A DNA stretch of 63,113 bases, filler included, from Octopus bimaculoides (GCF_001194135.2; 8 parts of 6 records of this genome joined end to end with filler, not necessarily neighbours in it); one strand, 5' to 3'; positions 1 through 13,224 are shown, counted from the first letter of the whole stretch. Notes: generated from the sequence alone by a model not told the origin. Program-made: numbers and translations.

Positions 1-38
<38 letters not shown>

Positions 39-398
39 GCAGCCACAGCTTTGTTGTTATTCAATTAAATTAAGCGATCGATATTTCTTTTATAAAACAT
101 AAACATGATAAGTGTAAGCCTAATTGCTTGACCTGACTTAATGAAAGATAATTACTCCCAGAAAGCCATAACTCATAACATCTGTAACCCAGTCATGTAG
201 AAGTCGTTTATCACATCGGCTCCTACGGCCTATGACATCTACTACATTCAACAGGACTGTGAAGGCGAATCGGTGCATTTTGAAACATTATAGTTACCGC
301 TGACGGAATATTAATCATGTCTGTGGTGTCGGTACAGAAAATGTTTAACTACATCGATTCCTCTTTTTGTAATTAGATTAATCATATATTTCTTAGAG

Positions 399-527
399 CA
401 GGCATGGGCAATCTCTTTCGAAAAGTGGACTGATCATCTGGTGGGCCGTACCACCAAAAATTCAAGGTAATTTTCTGCTAGGCGTGCCATTCAGATAATT
501 CTGCAGGCAGCGGTTTGCCCATGACCG
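399..527. mobile_element. hAT-like MITE
   Basis: TIRs CAGGCATGGGCAATC / GTTTGCCCATGACCG; flanking 8-mers TCTTAGAG and TTTTAAAG match at 6/8, consistent with a decayed 8-bp hAT TSD. Confidence 0.6.
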
Positions 528-1141
528 TTTTAAAGTGATTGAAAACACACAGCATACATAGTCGACGTGAATTATCAGACTACTTTTTTGATAGACCAAC
601 CAGTTAAGATATGCGTTTAAAGGCCATGGCCAGGCTGCTCTGGCGTTTCTTTCCTATATTATATATCAAAATTGTTACAAACAATAAAATATTGGATAAA
701 ACTTACAAATTAATATAAAAGACGCTGTTTTTAACAACAGGTTGTAAAAAGAAAACATAATCCTTTCTTCTACAGACATAAGGCCAGAAATTCATAGAAT
801 CACTTCAATCNNNNNNNNNNNNNNNNNNNNNNNNNNNNNNNNNNNNNNNNNNNNNNNNNNNNNNNNNNNNNNNNNNNNNNNNNNNNNNNNNNNNNNNNNN
901 NNNNNNNNNNNNNNNNNNNNNNNNNNNNNNNNNNNNNNNNNNNNNNNNNNNNNNNNNNNNNNNNNNNNNNNNNNNNNNNNNNNNNNNNNNNNNNNNNNNN
1001 NNNNNNNNNNNNNNNNNNNNNNNNNNNNNNNNNNNNNNNNNNNNNNNNNNNNNNNNNNNNNNNNNNNNNNNNNNNNNNNNNNNNNNNNNNNNNNNNNNNN
1101 NNNNNNNNNNNNNNNNNNNNNNNNNNNNNNNNNNNNNNNNN

Positions 1142-1186
<45 letters not shown>

Positions 1187-1374
1187 CACATATACATATA
1201 TATATGTATATACATACATACATATGCATACATATGTGTGTGCGTGTGTGTTGTATGTATGTGTGTGTTTGTCTGAATGTGCATGCACGTATCTTTGAAT
1301 GAGCTGGCGTGAATTGGGGCTAACTTGGTTCCCCTTGCTTTGCCTTTAATTTGTAATTTTTTTTTTTTTTTTTA

Positions 1375-2040
1375 TGGAAAAAGCATGTTAATCTCAAGAA
1401 TAGGGCTGACAGTATTTAATATAAAAGGTATAGTGAATCTAGTGGGAATAACTTCTCTATCATTTTTTGACGCACTATTTAATTGTTGTTATTCCTAAAT
1501 CATGTTGAATATTTGTCAACAAGCGTAGCTCATTCAAACTACCCAACAGCTATTCGGTACAGTTGTTTTAGATAGACAAGGTGAGGAAATCAATGTCATC
1601 CAGAATGAAACTTGGTATGCAAATCTGATGTCAACAAAATTGCCAAGGCTATGGTAGGATATACCGCACCAGCTTTGAAATGTCTAGGTTTCAGATCCAT
1701 TGGTTGCTGTAATTTCATGTATTCACCGCTTTGTTCCCTCACTGCATTTTCTATATCCTTTGACGTGTATTTTTAGTGAGCTATAAAAGTTACTGGATTT
1801 TGGTTCGAAATTGGTAATGCAATCACTTCCATTAGTGTCAACAAAGTTATGTCCTTTAGAAACCACATTACCAAGCCGCATCATAATGCGTTGATCTATA
1901 TTTGTTCGTATTTTATTGTAAATGGTTTACATCCTTCAACTGATCTTCAGCTAAAACCGATAATATTCAGATCCATTATGACAATAGTTCCAATTTATCC
2001 GTTTGTTTGATGATTATTGTATCATCGTTTTGGAAACTTT
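1375..2040 (-). mobile_element. Penelope-like element reverse-transcriptase fragment (N-terminal half, decayed)
   Basis: Manual minus-strand translation across frameshifts gives NDDTIIIKQTDK, TNFEPKSSNFY, EQSGEYMKLQQPMDLKPR, LGNFVDI, FILDDIDFL and TNIQHDLG, matching PLE RT motifs (IIKxADKG, NFYGLPKIHK, RPI, DxxxF, LYTNIxH). Many stops. Confidence 0.8.
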
Positions 2041-2152
2041 TAAGTGCAGATTTCTCTAGTTTGGTAACATTTGATCTGATTTTTGTTTAAGTGGGAGTTT
2101 AGCTCACGTAAATATATATGTAAGTGAGTAACCCATCTCTGACTAAATGCTT

Positions 2153-2212
<60 letters not shown>

Positions 2213-2760
2213 CGTGTGTATGTGTATACACGTATGCATACTCACACGCACACACACATACATCTATATATATATATATATATATATACATATGCATATC
2301 CATATACACATATATACATATGCATATCCATATACACATATATACATATGCATATATATATATATACGCGTATATATACATGCATATTAGAAAATATACA
2401 TATATAAGAGACATTTAGTCCCAGGTGGTGCTTTCTATCTCTCTCTCTCACACACATACACACATTCACACACACTCATGCACATATACATACGCATACA
2501 TAAATATACACACACACTTATTTTACATTTAGTTGGAGGTACTCACGTTCAGTACGCACGAAATACACATAATTATATAACATGGCCGCACACGCACACA
2601 CACAATCACACATACGCACGCGCGCACACACATATACACAAAGATACACACACACACAATATTTTCACTTTTTCACTTGCTGTCTGTTGATGTTTATGCA
2701 TCTTTCAGTACAAGTGAAGGACAATTTAACTAAGTCTTTTTAGTTCAGTAGTAATACTTT

Positions 2761-3150
2761 TGTTGTTGTTGGCACTTTGTCGCTTACGACGTCGAGGGTT
2801 CCGGTTGATCCGATCAACGGAACAGCCTGCTCGTGAAATTAACGTGCAAGTGGCTGAGCACTCCGCAGACACGTGTACCCTTAACGTAGTTCTCGGGGAT
2901 ATTCAGCGTGACACAGAGTGTGACAAGGCTGACCCTTTGAATTACAGGCACAACAGAAACAGGAAGTAAGAGTGAGAGAAAGTTGTGGTGAAAGAGTACA
3001 GCAGGGTTCGCCACCATCCCCTGCCGGAGCCTTGTGGAGCTTTAGGTGTTTTCGCTCAATAAACACTCACAACGCCCGGTCTGGGAATCGAAACCGCGAT
3101 CCTATGACCGCGAGTCCGCTGCCCTAACCACTGGGCCATTGCACCTCCAC
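2761..3150 (-). mobile_element. tRNA-derived SINE, family A, full length
   Basis: Minus-strand head has A box TGGCCCAGTGG and B box GTTTCGATTCC; (CAA)n tail; exact 11-bp TSD AGTAATACTTT at 2750-2760 and 3151-3161; near-identical copies at 7976 and 17165. Confidence 0.92.
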
Positions 3151-3450
3151 AGTAATACTTTAACTACTAATTATAGCTCACAGTCGACTTATTTCACAAA
3201 CATACACACACTCTCTCTCTCCCTCTCTCACACACACATGCACAGCCCCTTCCCCCTCCTACATATGTATATAGTAAATATTTACTTTCAATTAGTGTAA
3301 ACTAATTAGTTAGAGGATACTACCACTTCTGCGAAAATAGTGTAAGATATGGTATCGGTAACTTAAAACCAGAAATAGTTTCACTTAACAAGCGAATTCA
3401 TAAGGCTGAAAAACTAAAAAGAAATCTTCAGTATTAATGAATTTTTCAGT

Positions 3451-3660
3451 CGAGAGCTGGTAGAATTGTTAGCATGCCGGACAAAATGCTTAGCAGTATT
3501 TCGTCCACCTTCATGTTCTAAGTTGAAATTCCGCCGAGGTCGACTTTGCTGTTTATGTTTTTGGGGGTCGATGAAATAAGTACCAGTTGAGTACAGGGGC
3601 TCTATGTTATCGACCAGCTCCCTCTCCCAAAATCTCAGGCCTAATGCCTATATTTGAAAA
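3451..3660 (+). mobile_element. tRNA-derived SINE, family B (about 200 bp)
   Basis: GAGCTGGTAGAATTGTTAGCATGCCGG head, B-box-like GTTGAAATTCC, body GAGGTCGACTTTG...GTCGATGAAATAAGTACCAG recurring at more than ten other places in the window. Fainter heads follow at about 3693-3975. Confidence 0.85.
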
Positions 3661-3987
3661 AGAAAAAAAAAAAATTATTGAATTTTCAGTAGTAGCGAAT
3701 TGGTTGAGGTGATAGCGAAATAGCATCACTTGTGGTAATTGTTCCCCCCCTACACTGAGCTCTGAGCTCAGAACACTAAGGTTCAACCGCTATCTCCCCG
3801 AGATCTGTTTTGCCTTTCATCCTCCAAGGAGTTTGATAGATGAGGGATGAGGGATTGGAATGAAGAGCGGCACGATTGTTCGATGAGATAAATTGCAATA
3901 AATTTATGTTCTGGCTCATTGCGTTCAGAGTTCGAATTCCTCCTCGTATTACTGGCCGTTTCATGTTGGAAATTGCTGATGCAAGTG

Positions 3988-4073
<86 letters not shown>

Positions 4074-5259
4074 NNNNNNNNNNNNNNNNNNNNNNNNNNN
4101 NNNNNNNNNNNNNNNNNNNNNNNNNNNNNNNNNNNNNNNNNNNNNNNNNNNNNNNNNNNNNNNNNNNNNNNNNNNNNNNNNNNNNNNNNNNNNNNNNNNN
4201 NNNNNNNNNNNNNNNNNNNNNNNNNNNNNNNNNNNNNNNNNNNNNNNNNNNNNNNNNNNNNNNNNNNNNNNNNNNNNNNNNNNNNNNNNNNNNNNNNNNN
4301 NNNNNNNNNNNNNNNNNNNNNNNNNNNNNNNNNNNNNNNNNNNNNNNNNNNNNNNNNNNNNNNNNNNNNNNNNNNNNNNNNNNNNNNNNNNNNNNNNNNN
4401 NNNNNNNNNNNNNNNNNNNNNNNNNNNNNNNNNNNNNNNNNNNNNNNNNNNNNNNNNNNNNNNNNNNNNNNNNNNNNNNNNNNNNNNNNNNNNNNNNNNN
4501 NNNNNNNNNNNNNNNNNNNNNNNNNNNNNNNNNNNNNNNNNNNNNNNNNNNNNNNNNNNNNNNNNNNNNNNNNNNNNNNNNNNNNNNNNNNNNNNNNNNN
4601 NNNNNNNNNNNNNNNNNNNNNNNNNNNNNNNNNNNNNNNNNNNNNNNNNNNNNNNNNNNNNNNNNNNNNNNNNNNNNNNNNNNNNNNNNNNNNNNNNNNN
4701 NNNNNNNNNNNNNNNNNNNNNNNNNNNNNNNNNNNNNNNNNNNNNNNNNNNNNNNNNNNNNNNNNNNNNNNNNNNNNNNNNNNNNNNNNNNNNNNNNNNN
4801 NNNNNNNNNNNNNNNNNNNNNNNNNNNNNNNNNNNNNNNNNNNNNNNNNNNNNNNNNNNNNNNNNNNNNNNNNNNNNNNNNNNNNNNNNNNNNNNNNNNN
4901 NNNNNNNNNNNNNNNNNNNNNNNNNNNNNNATATATATATATATATATCCGTATGTTTATATATTTGTGTGTACATGTGTATGTATGTCCGTATGTATGT
5001 GTGGATGTATTTTTGGTGTGTAAAGGCTGTATGTGGATTGTACATGTGCCTGAAAAATGTCAAACATACAAACGAGGGTTTGCACATTTTTATCTTTATC
5101 TCTCACCAAATCTCTTACACTCGCACGCACACACACATACGCGTGCACACACACACACACGTAGTTATGCATACAAACATACAAATATATATGCACACAT
5201 TCACACGAATACTTTGTTGTTCATATGCATCTGTGTGTGTATACGTGCCCATATGTATA

Positions 5260-5291
<32 letters not shown>

Positions 5292-5408
5292 GGTGTCTAC
5301 GTGCACAAATACGCGCATACATATATGTATATATATATGGTGGTGCTATTAAGTTAGACATGGCCTGGATCAATCTTTAGTCGAAACATATCTAACTTTA
5401 TCTAAGTT

Positions 5409-5441
<33 letters not shown>

Positions 5442-6289
5442 NNNNNNNNNNNNNNNNNNNNNNNNNNNNNNNNNNNNNNNNNNNNNNNNNNNNNNNNNNN
5501 NNNNNNNNNNNNNNNNNNNNNNNNNNNNNNNNNNNNNNNNNNNNNNNNNNNNNNNNNNNNNNNNNNNNNNNNNNNNNNNNNNNNNNNNNNNNNNNNNNNN
5601 NNNNNNNNNNNNNNNNNNNNNNNNNNNNNNNNNNNNNNNNNNNNNNNNNNNNNNNNNNNNNNNNNNNNNNNNNNNNNNNNNNNNNNNNNNNNNNNNNNNN
5701 NNNNNNNNNNNNNNNNNNNNATATATATATATATATATAAGCAATGTTAATTCTCTAAATGATCTGTAGCACGAACGGACCCGGGTTTCAGACACACACA
5801 CACACACACATGTGTGTGTACGTAAATACGTATGCATGTATGTATGTATGTATGTATGTATGTATGTTTCTATCTATCTATCTGTCTATCTATTTTGTTG
5901 TCTGCCTGTCTGTGTGTCTATCAGTCACTCTCCTCTCTCTCTCCATCTCTATCTTTCTGTGAATGTATTTTAATCTTTCTTAGTCGTCTTTCTCAAACGT
6001 CCAATATTTGTTAAAATTTCCATTGACAACCAAGTTTAAGTCCGAATTTTTGTTCAACCGAGAGAAGCAAGAAAATTTACACAAATTGAAGAAGTTACAC
6101 TCTTCACCGTCGATACACTCACAGACACACACACACACACACTTGGTAAATATTTGAAACTAAGCTGTTGTACGTGTTCATGTATGTGCGTAAGTGTGTG
6201 TGTGTGTGTGTGTGTGTGTAAGTATATGTTTGCTTTCTAAAATAGGAAACGAACGTCCGGTTTACAAATCTGTAAGGTGACGGTAATAT

Positions 6290-6335
6290 AACTACTACTA
6301 CTACTACTACTACTATCACCACCACCACCACCACC

Positions 6336-6394
<59 letters not shown>

Positions 6395-6444
6395 CGCNNN
6401 NNNNNNNTACTACTACTACTACTATCACCACCACCACCACCACC

Positions 6445-6503
<59 letters not shown>
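6290..6503. repeat. Compound (CTA)n/(CCA)n trinucleotide repeat
   Basis: Directly visible; the pattern is repeated on both sides of a 10-N gap. Confidence 0.9.
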
Positions 6504-6589
6504 CGCTGCTGTTGATGGTAATGGTGGTTTCTAAAGTTGATACATAAAGTCAGATATTTTGAGGCGAAGAGATGTATTTTTGATTAGAA

Positions 6590-7345
6590 TGATTTCGGTA
6601 TTCGACTGGAATTTATCACCTTGATGCCAAAAAGATAAAATATAAACGTGATTCAAGCAGGATTCGAACTCAGAATATAAAGGGACTTAACGAAATAGTA
6701 TTGGGTATTGTTTTGTTCTGATGAGTGATTCTGCCATCTTGAAACAATTAATAGTAATTTTGTTTTTCTAATTTAGGTAAAAGCCAGCAATTCTTGGGTA
6801 GGGGGTTAGTTGACACCCTTGACCCTAGTTCTTGACTGGTACTTTATTTTATCGATTTTTTCCTACGATTTGAACCCCAAAAGTAAAGACCTGGAAGAAA
6901 CGCCGCAAGAGTCTTCTGTCACTCTAGCGGTTCTGCCGATCCATCAATAGCAATAGTTTCTAATTTAGTTTTTAGAATATCAGTTTTGAGGGGAGGGATT
7001 AGTCGATACCATCCACCGTACTACTTGACTACTATTTTATTTGATCGGTCCCGAAAGGATGAAAGCAAAGTTGACCTCGGTGGGATTTGAACTCGGAACG
7101 TAAAAGAGACGGAAACATGCAGTTAAGTATTTCGTCCGACGCGCTAACGATTCCGCCTTACAACTGCTTTTGGTATAGTTTCCGGAACGATACTTGGGAC
7201 ATTAAATCGACTTCGATGTATAACTAGTACATGAAAGAAAATGCCGACGTCGACAGGAAAGATTTGGACTGAAAACATAACGGACCAGAAGTAAATAACG
7301 TAAAGTACCTTTGCATTTCCCTAACAATTTTGCCGGAATAAGCAG
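6590..7345 (-). mobile_element. Four head-to-tail family B SINE copies
   Basis: Units at about 6590-6745, 6762-6945, 6955-7165 and 7168-7345, each ending in a form of the reverse-complemented head (GATTCTGCC / GGTTCTGCC / GATTCCGCC / AATTTTGCC); three retain clear GA(A)TTTGAAC-like B boxes. Confidence 0.75.
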
Positions 7346-7818
7346 AATGATTATGATAATGTTGATGTTACTATCGCTTTGCTGCAGTTGATGATGATTA
7401 TGATGATGATGATAGTTAGGTTTTAGACATTTTCATCGAACACATGACGTCGATATTCAGTGTTATTACTCAAATGACACGTTCCCAAATTTCTTTCTAC
7501 CTAAAAGGATATATATAATCTGAACTAGTAATCTTATACAGACGAGCTATGTCTAGAAGACATCGTCACCTCCAATTAATACGCTTACAGATTGAGCCCT
7601 GTCTGTTAGATAACATCATGTCCTCCAGCTACATGTAGACAGTGATTCATGTCCACTATAATTACGTTTAGTTAATTCGTTTACACATTCATAGTGTGTC
7701 CACCTACTCTCTAACATGTCTAGTAAAATAGACTCCTATTGAAGCAACGGGGAATGTCATATATTATATAGTCAGTCGACCTCTTAGCTTTATGTTATTC
7801 TTTGTCTTCTATTAAATC

Positions 7819-7885
7819 AGTTGTTCCCAACCATTTGTTATCTATGGCCCCCTTTAATTACCATTTTATTCTGGTGGACCACAAT
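7819..7885. mobile_element. hAT-like MITE terminal fragment
   Basis: Matches the reverse complement of the right end of the MITE at 58097-58601 (TATCTATGGnCCCCTTTnATTnCCATTTTATTCTGGTGGACC). Confidence 0.7.
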
Positions 7886-7975
7886 ACTCACTTGATGTTT
7901 AAAAACTAGTTTTATAAATGCTTCTTTCAAAATTTTTACTTTGCTTTTCACTCATACACTTATGTAAGCTTGCAA

Positions 7976-8370
7976 TGTTGTTGTTGTTGTTGTTGGCACT
8001 CCGTCGCTTACGACGTCGAGGGTTCCAGTTGATCCGATCAACGGAACAGCCTGCTCGTGAAATTAACGTGTAAGTGGCTGAGCACTCCACAGACACATGT
8101 ACCCTTAACGTAGTTCTCGGGGATATTCAGCGTGACACAGTGTGACAAGGCTGAGCCTTTGAATTACAGGTACAACAGAAACAGGGAGTAAGAGTGAGAG
8201 AAAGTTGTGGTGAACGAGTACAGCAGGGTTCGCCACCATCCCCTGCCGGAACCTCGAGGAGCCTTAGGTGTTTTCGCTCAATAAACACACACAACACCCG
8301 GGCTGGGAATCGAAACCGCGATCCTATGACCGCGAGTCCGCTGCCCTAACCACTGGGCCATGGCGCCTCC
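7976..8370 (-). mobile_element. tRNA-derived SINE, family A, full length
   Basis: Colinear and highly similar to 2761-3150, with A/B boxes and (CAA)n tail; no TSD seen. Confidence 0.92.
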
Positions 8371-8817
8371 AGAAGGAATTTAGTAAAGAAAGAAATAACA
8401 GATGACGAACTTTAAGCAAGGAATGACTACGCAAAAAAAAAAAAAACAGAAAAGTTATGACTACAAATCTAATTTTAGAATCAACCTGTTAGATCATTAC
8501 TTGTTGCATCATGCAGCAGCTTATTTGTAGTGCATTAACTTTTATTGAATCATAGCAAGGAGGCGTTGTAAAAAAAAATTGTAATACAAGAAAAAGAGCG
8601 ACTGTTAAAAATGTTTGAGAAGCATGGCTTTAGTAGTAGACAGTTGGTCACGTGTTGCAGGGGCGTTGTGAGCTCACAGGTAGCGGCAAATATCAAGAGG
8701 GTGCCATATGGGCGCTGGATGTACAGCGCGATCATGAATTTTCTAAGAAACATAGTATTTACACGAGATAGAATTCAAAATCATTTTAAACACATTAAAT
8801 ATATATATATATATATA

Positions 8818-8917
8818 NNNNNNNNNNNNNNNNNNNNNNNNNNNNNNNNNNNNNNNNNNNNTTAATTAATTAANNNNNNNNNNNNNNNNNNNNNNNNNNN
8901 NNNNNNNNNNNNNNNNN
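8818..8917. other. Artificial scaffold spacer N44-TTAATTAATTAA-N44
   Basis: Exactly 100 nt; the 12-mer gives stops in all six frames; the same design occurs seven times. Confidence 0.95.
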
Positions 8918-10188
8918 TATATCTATTTATCTTCCACACGCACAAACTCACACATTCAGCTAATCGTATACGCATGCAAAACAAAACTCTACCAACGAAA
9001 AAAAAAAAAAGGAAAAGGGAAACAATCCACCGCTTCCATTTTTTGTGATCCATGCGTAGGAGAGGCGGGAAGACGCTGTTGCAGAATGTATAAGAATGAA
9101 ACATCGCAACTGAGTTTAAAACAGAAGCGTTCATCAGATCAAACGAAAATTCCACTGATAAAATCTGACACTAACTACAGTCGAATGGAATGGTACTGTC
9201 GTAACAATCGTCAAACAATTTTTTTTTTTTATTCATCTATTTATTTATTTTTCGTCTCAAGTTGTTATTCACCTGCTGTGAAAGTGAAGAAAATATGTCT
9301 GCCACGCAAAGTCTGCTTCATTCGTTTTTATTTAGTTCATTTTTTGTTTAGGTTTGTTTTGCATTTTTATTTGTGTGTATCGTTTTTTTTTAATACGATT
9401 TTATAGGTTGTGTGGTTATCTTATATCTTATATTGTTATTATTTTCTTTCCCATGGTCTATTGTATTTCTCTCATGCTCCGTTGACGATTGACATCGTAA
9501 TTATTGTACTATATCCCATTATTTACCGCAACCAATTGCGAAGGGATCGGTCACTGAGTAAAAAAAAATTCGTTTATTTATGTATGTATTCTAAGGGATT
9601 CTTTTTTCTTCTTTTTTTTTGTAATATTTTTTTCTTTCTTTTATTCGATACTGAATAATTTGCTTCTTTATATATCTCCCTGTTGTGATGAAAATCAAAA
9701 TAAGAAATGGTGGGGAATAGAATAGTAGGCCAATACGGATGAAAGTGATTTACCGAGAAAGCTCAGTTAAAGTAAAAGTGATATTCATGAATCACAATAT
9801 TACACACACACATACACACACACACACACACAAACAACACGACACAAAAGCTTGAAATACAGTGAAAAAGAGTGAGCTTCAAGCAGCTGTTTTTGCATGA
9901 GTAGTTCACAAATATATATATATTTTTTGAAGAACAAAGATAAACGTTTTTTTGGGGGGTTTTTTTTTCATAATTTTCAAATATTTCGAAAATATATTCA
10001 AACAACAAATTATTCAAATATAAACCAGTCTCGAATTACGAGCTGAATGATCGAAAACTTGTAACTCAAAAGTGGTGGGATTAGGAGGCTTTCAGTTATA
10101 ATAAATTAATATTCTATGCTTATTATGTTGAGTTCTGAAATTTATTGGTTCTGGTGAATCAGTAGAGATTTATACATACATACATACA

Positions 10189-10222
<34 letters not shown>

Positions 10223-10522
10223 CATACATACAGAATGCAAATTCTTAATTCATATGCTGCAAATAATGATCAGGATAGCTGGGACTATAAAAGTCGGCAA
10301 GACCTACATATGTGTGTGTGTGTGTGTGTGCTTGTGTATCTATGTATGTATATTAACTAGATTCCTGCTTTTAAGTTGCATTCTTGATGTATATTGAAAA
10401 ATAATTATACGCACAAACACACACATGCACATATATACACAACCACACACGAACACATATATGGATGGGATGTGAGTATACAAATATAACATACATAAAT
10501 ACATGCATACACACACACACAC

Positions 10523-10582
<60 letters not shown>

Positions 10583-11214
10583 NNNNNNNNNNTCGGGTAG
10601 AAAGAAGAAGGAGCGAGTAGGTGGGATTGAAATAACGCATGGTGGAAAATTGATATTTTCACAGCATCCAGGATGATAATGGTTTTAAAGGCGACGGTCT
10701 ATAAACGCATTCAATGGCATGGATATTAGCACTTGTCTCCGACGGCCTGTATGCTTCTGTACATATATATACATACGTACACATACATATACATACATAC
10801 GGGCATACATACATGGATATGTATAACATAACAAGAAAAGAACTGTGATGTTTGTGAGTGTGTGTGTGTAAATAAATAAATAGATAGATAAATATATCTA
10901 TATATTAATAGCTATCGCTATAGAACTTATTTGATTTATAAACAATTCAGTCCACTTATATAAGTCTCACCAGAGCTTTGGCTTAAAGACAGACAAAATT
11001 CCGTTTGAAAGAACGACTGGATTGTACAAAAATTAATTCAAATGCCTATGTATTATGAATGTGAGCGTTAACTTTTCAACTACATAGCAATTACAATTAA
11101 AAAATTTTTTAAAATTATAACAGACAAACTAATTAAATAAATAGAATCTACAACTATCGAAATATATTTCTATATATCTCAAATAATATTAATCCAAACT
11201 CGTTTAGGTCGAAA

Positions 11215-11543
11215 ACAAAGACCCACAATTCTCTTAGTGTAGAAAGGCCTTGCCACAAAAATTAAGAAACCTGCATAATGTGGACGTAAATGTCTTCAGA
11301 AAGGAACTAGACATTTTCCTCTCCACAATACCAGATGAACCAACCAACGGCCCGGTATGAGGCACAGATGAGAGCAACGGGCCAACAATCAAAGCAAAGA
11401 GCACACACAGGAGTGATGATGTGAAACCCCACCACCCTGAAGAAACCAGCTAAAGAAAGATCATACGTAAAAGTGCAAAATCACCTTGTTGCTCCAGCAT
11501 AACCGCGGTTGCATGATTGAAACGAATAAAAAGAACAAAAGAA
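11215..11543 (+). mobile_element. CR1/L2-group LINE 3' end (RT C-terminus plus tail)
   Basis: Translates LRNLHNVDVNVFRKELDIFLSTIPDEP; followed by tail GTTGCTCCAGCATAACCGCGG...GATTGAAACGAATAAAAAGA. Confidence 0.75.
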
Positions 11544-12018
11544 CAGATGAAAATACCTGATATTTAAATCTATTTAGCACGCTAAACTAGGAGACTGATC
11601 TCACGCATCGAGGTAAATGTATTAACTATATACAAACATTAAAGCATCAAAGAATAACAAAACACACATAAATCCATAAATCCAGCAAATCTATAGAGGC
11701 AAAAACCAAAAACTACACCTGCTACCTTTGACAGGTGCTAATTAATCTCTGACTAACGGTGGACTTTATATTATACGGGAAATGATAAATGGAAACGAAA
11801 CGCCTCATTCCAATTTCAAAATTTATCTCTAAGAAAACATATTAATATGACGAAATGACTATGATTTATATTAATACCTGGTAAATGTCTCTCTTGATAG
11901 CAAGAATATATTGGAAAGGAAATTGTTATCTATATGTGAGTATTAATATCTGGAAATACCTCAAGCTTAAAATAATTTAGCACAGCAAAATAGTATCTTG
12001 GTCATACATAACGAAATG

Positions 12019-12084
<66 letters not shown>

Positions 12085-12679
12085 NNNNNNNNNNNNNNNN
12101 NNNNNNNNNNNNNNNNNNNNNNNNNNNNNNNNNNNNNNNNNNNNNNNNNNNNNNNNNNNNNNNNNNNNNNNNNNNNNNNNNNNNNNNNNNNNNNNNNNNN
12201 NNNNNNNNNNNNNNNNNNNNNNNNNNNNNNNNNNNNNNNNNNNNNNNNNNNNNNNNNNNNNNNNNNNNNNNNNNNNNNNNNNNNNNNNNNNNNNNNNNNN
12301 NNNNNNNNNNNNNNNNNNNNNNNNNNNNNNNNNNNNNNNNNNNNNNNNNNNNNNNNNNNNNNNNNNNNNNNNNNNNNNNNNNNNNNNNNNNNNNNNNNNN
12401 NNNNNNNNNNNNNNNNNNNNNNNNNNNNNNNNNNNNNNNNNNNNNNNNNNNNNNNNNNNNNNNNNNNNNNNNNNNNNNNNNNNNNNNNNNNNNNNNNNNN
12501 NNNNNNNNNNNNNNNNNNNNNNNNNNNNNNNNNNNNNNNNNNNNNNNNNNNNNNNNNNNNNNNNNNNNNNNNNNNNNNNNNNNNNNNNNNNNNNNNNNNN
12601 NNNNNNNNNNNNNNNNNNNNNNNNNNNNNNNNNNNNNNNNNNNNNNNNNNNNNNNNNNNNNNNNNNNNNNNNNNNNNNN

Positions 12680-12732
<53 letters not shown>

Positions 12733-13224
12733 TACAGCATCTTAGTTGAAACATCTGCTTTTCGGCTACTACAAGTTTATTGTATTTGGTGGCATAACTT
12801 CGTTAGAATTACTATTATTAAACTACAGTCTGTCGAATTTCCGCATAACTTCATTGGACTGAAGACCTTTCTTCGTCACTGCTTGATATCTCGAAACACA
12901 CAACACGCCTCACTGACACTAGCTTAATAACAGCTATTACACGCAATCATACACAAATTATTAGATATTCGTTCCACGTCTAGGAGAAAGACACGTACAA
13001 TTCAACGACAGCTCGAGAACCACGCTGACTGCTAGGAAAGGAAAATGCAGACATTCCACGCGACAGAATATATTGTCTTGTCTGTTGACGACGATCGCCT
13101 TCAAGCAGCTGAAATCAAATTAGCATTTTTCACATTAAATTAGGTAATCCTGTACATGGAGTGCTTTAAACCTACGTAAATACATATGCTGTGCTCATCC
13201 TTAACAATACTAATGTGTCGTCTG

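Noticed and set aside
3070-3150. tRNA-like sequence with A and B boxes (also 8290-8370, 59823-59890)
   Set aside because: Each is the head of a SINE, continuous with a repeated body and tail; no complete cloverleaf is supportable.
792-5837. Long ORFs of up to 493 aa in the track (also 11998-14855, 36463-37033, 54800-55903 and others)
   Set aside because: They are open only because they cross N gaps and (CA)n/(TA)n tracts; translations are X runs and HT/VC/YI dipeptide repeats.
8862-8873. TTAATTAATTAA as a homeodomain site or biological repeat
   Set aside because: Always centred in exactly 44+44 N; it is an assembly linker.
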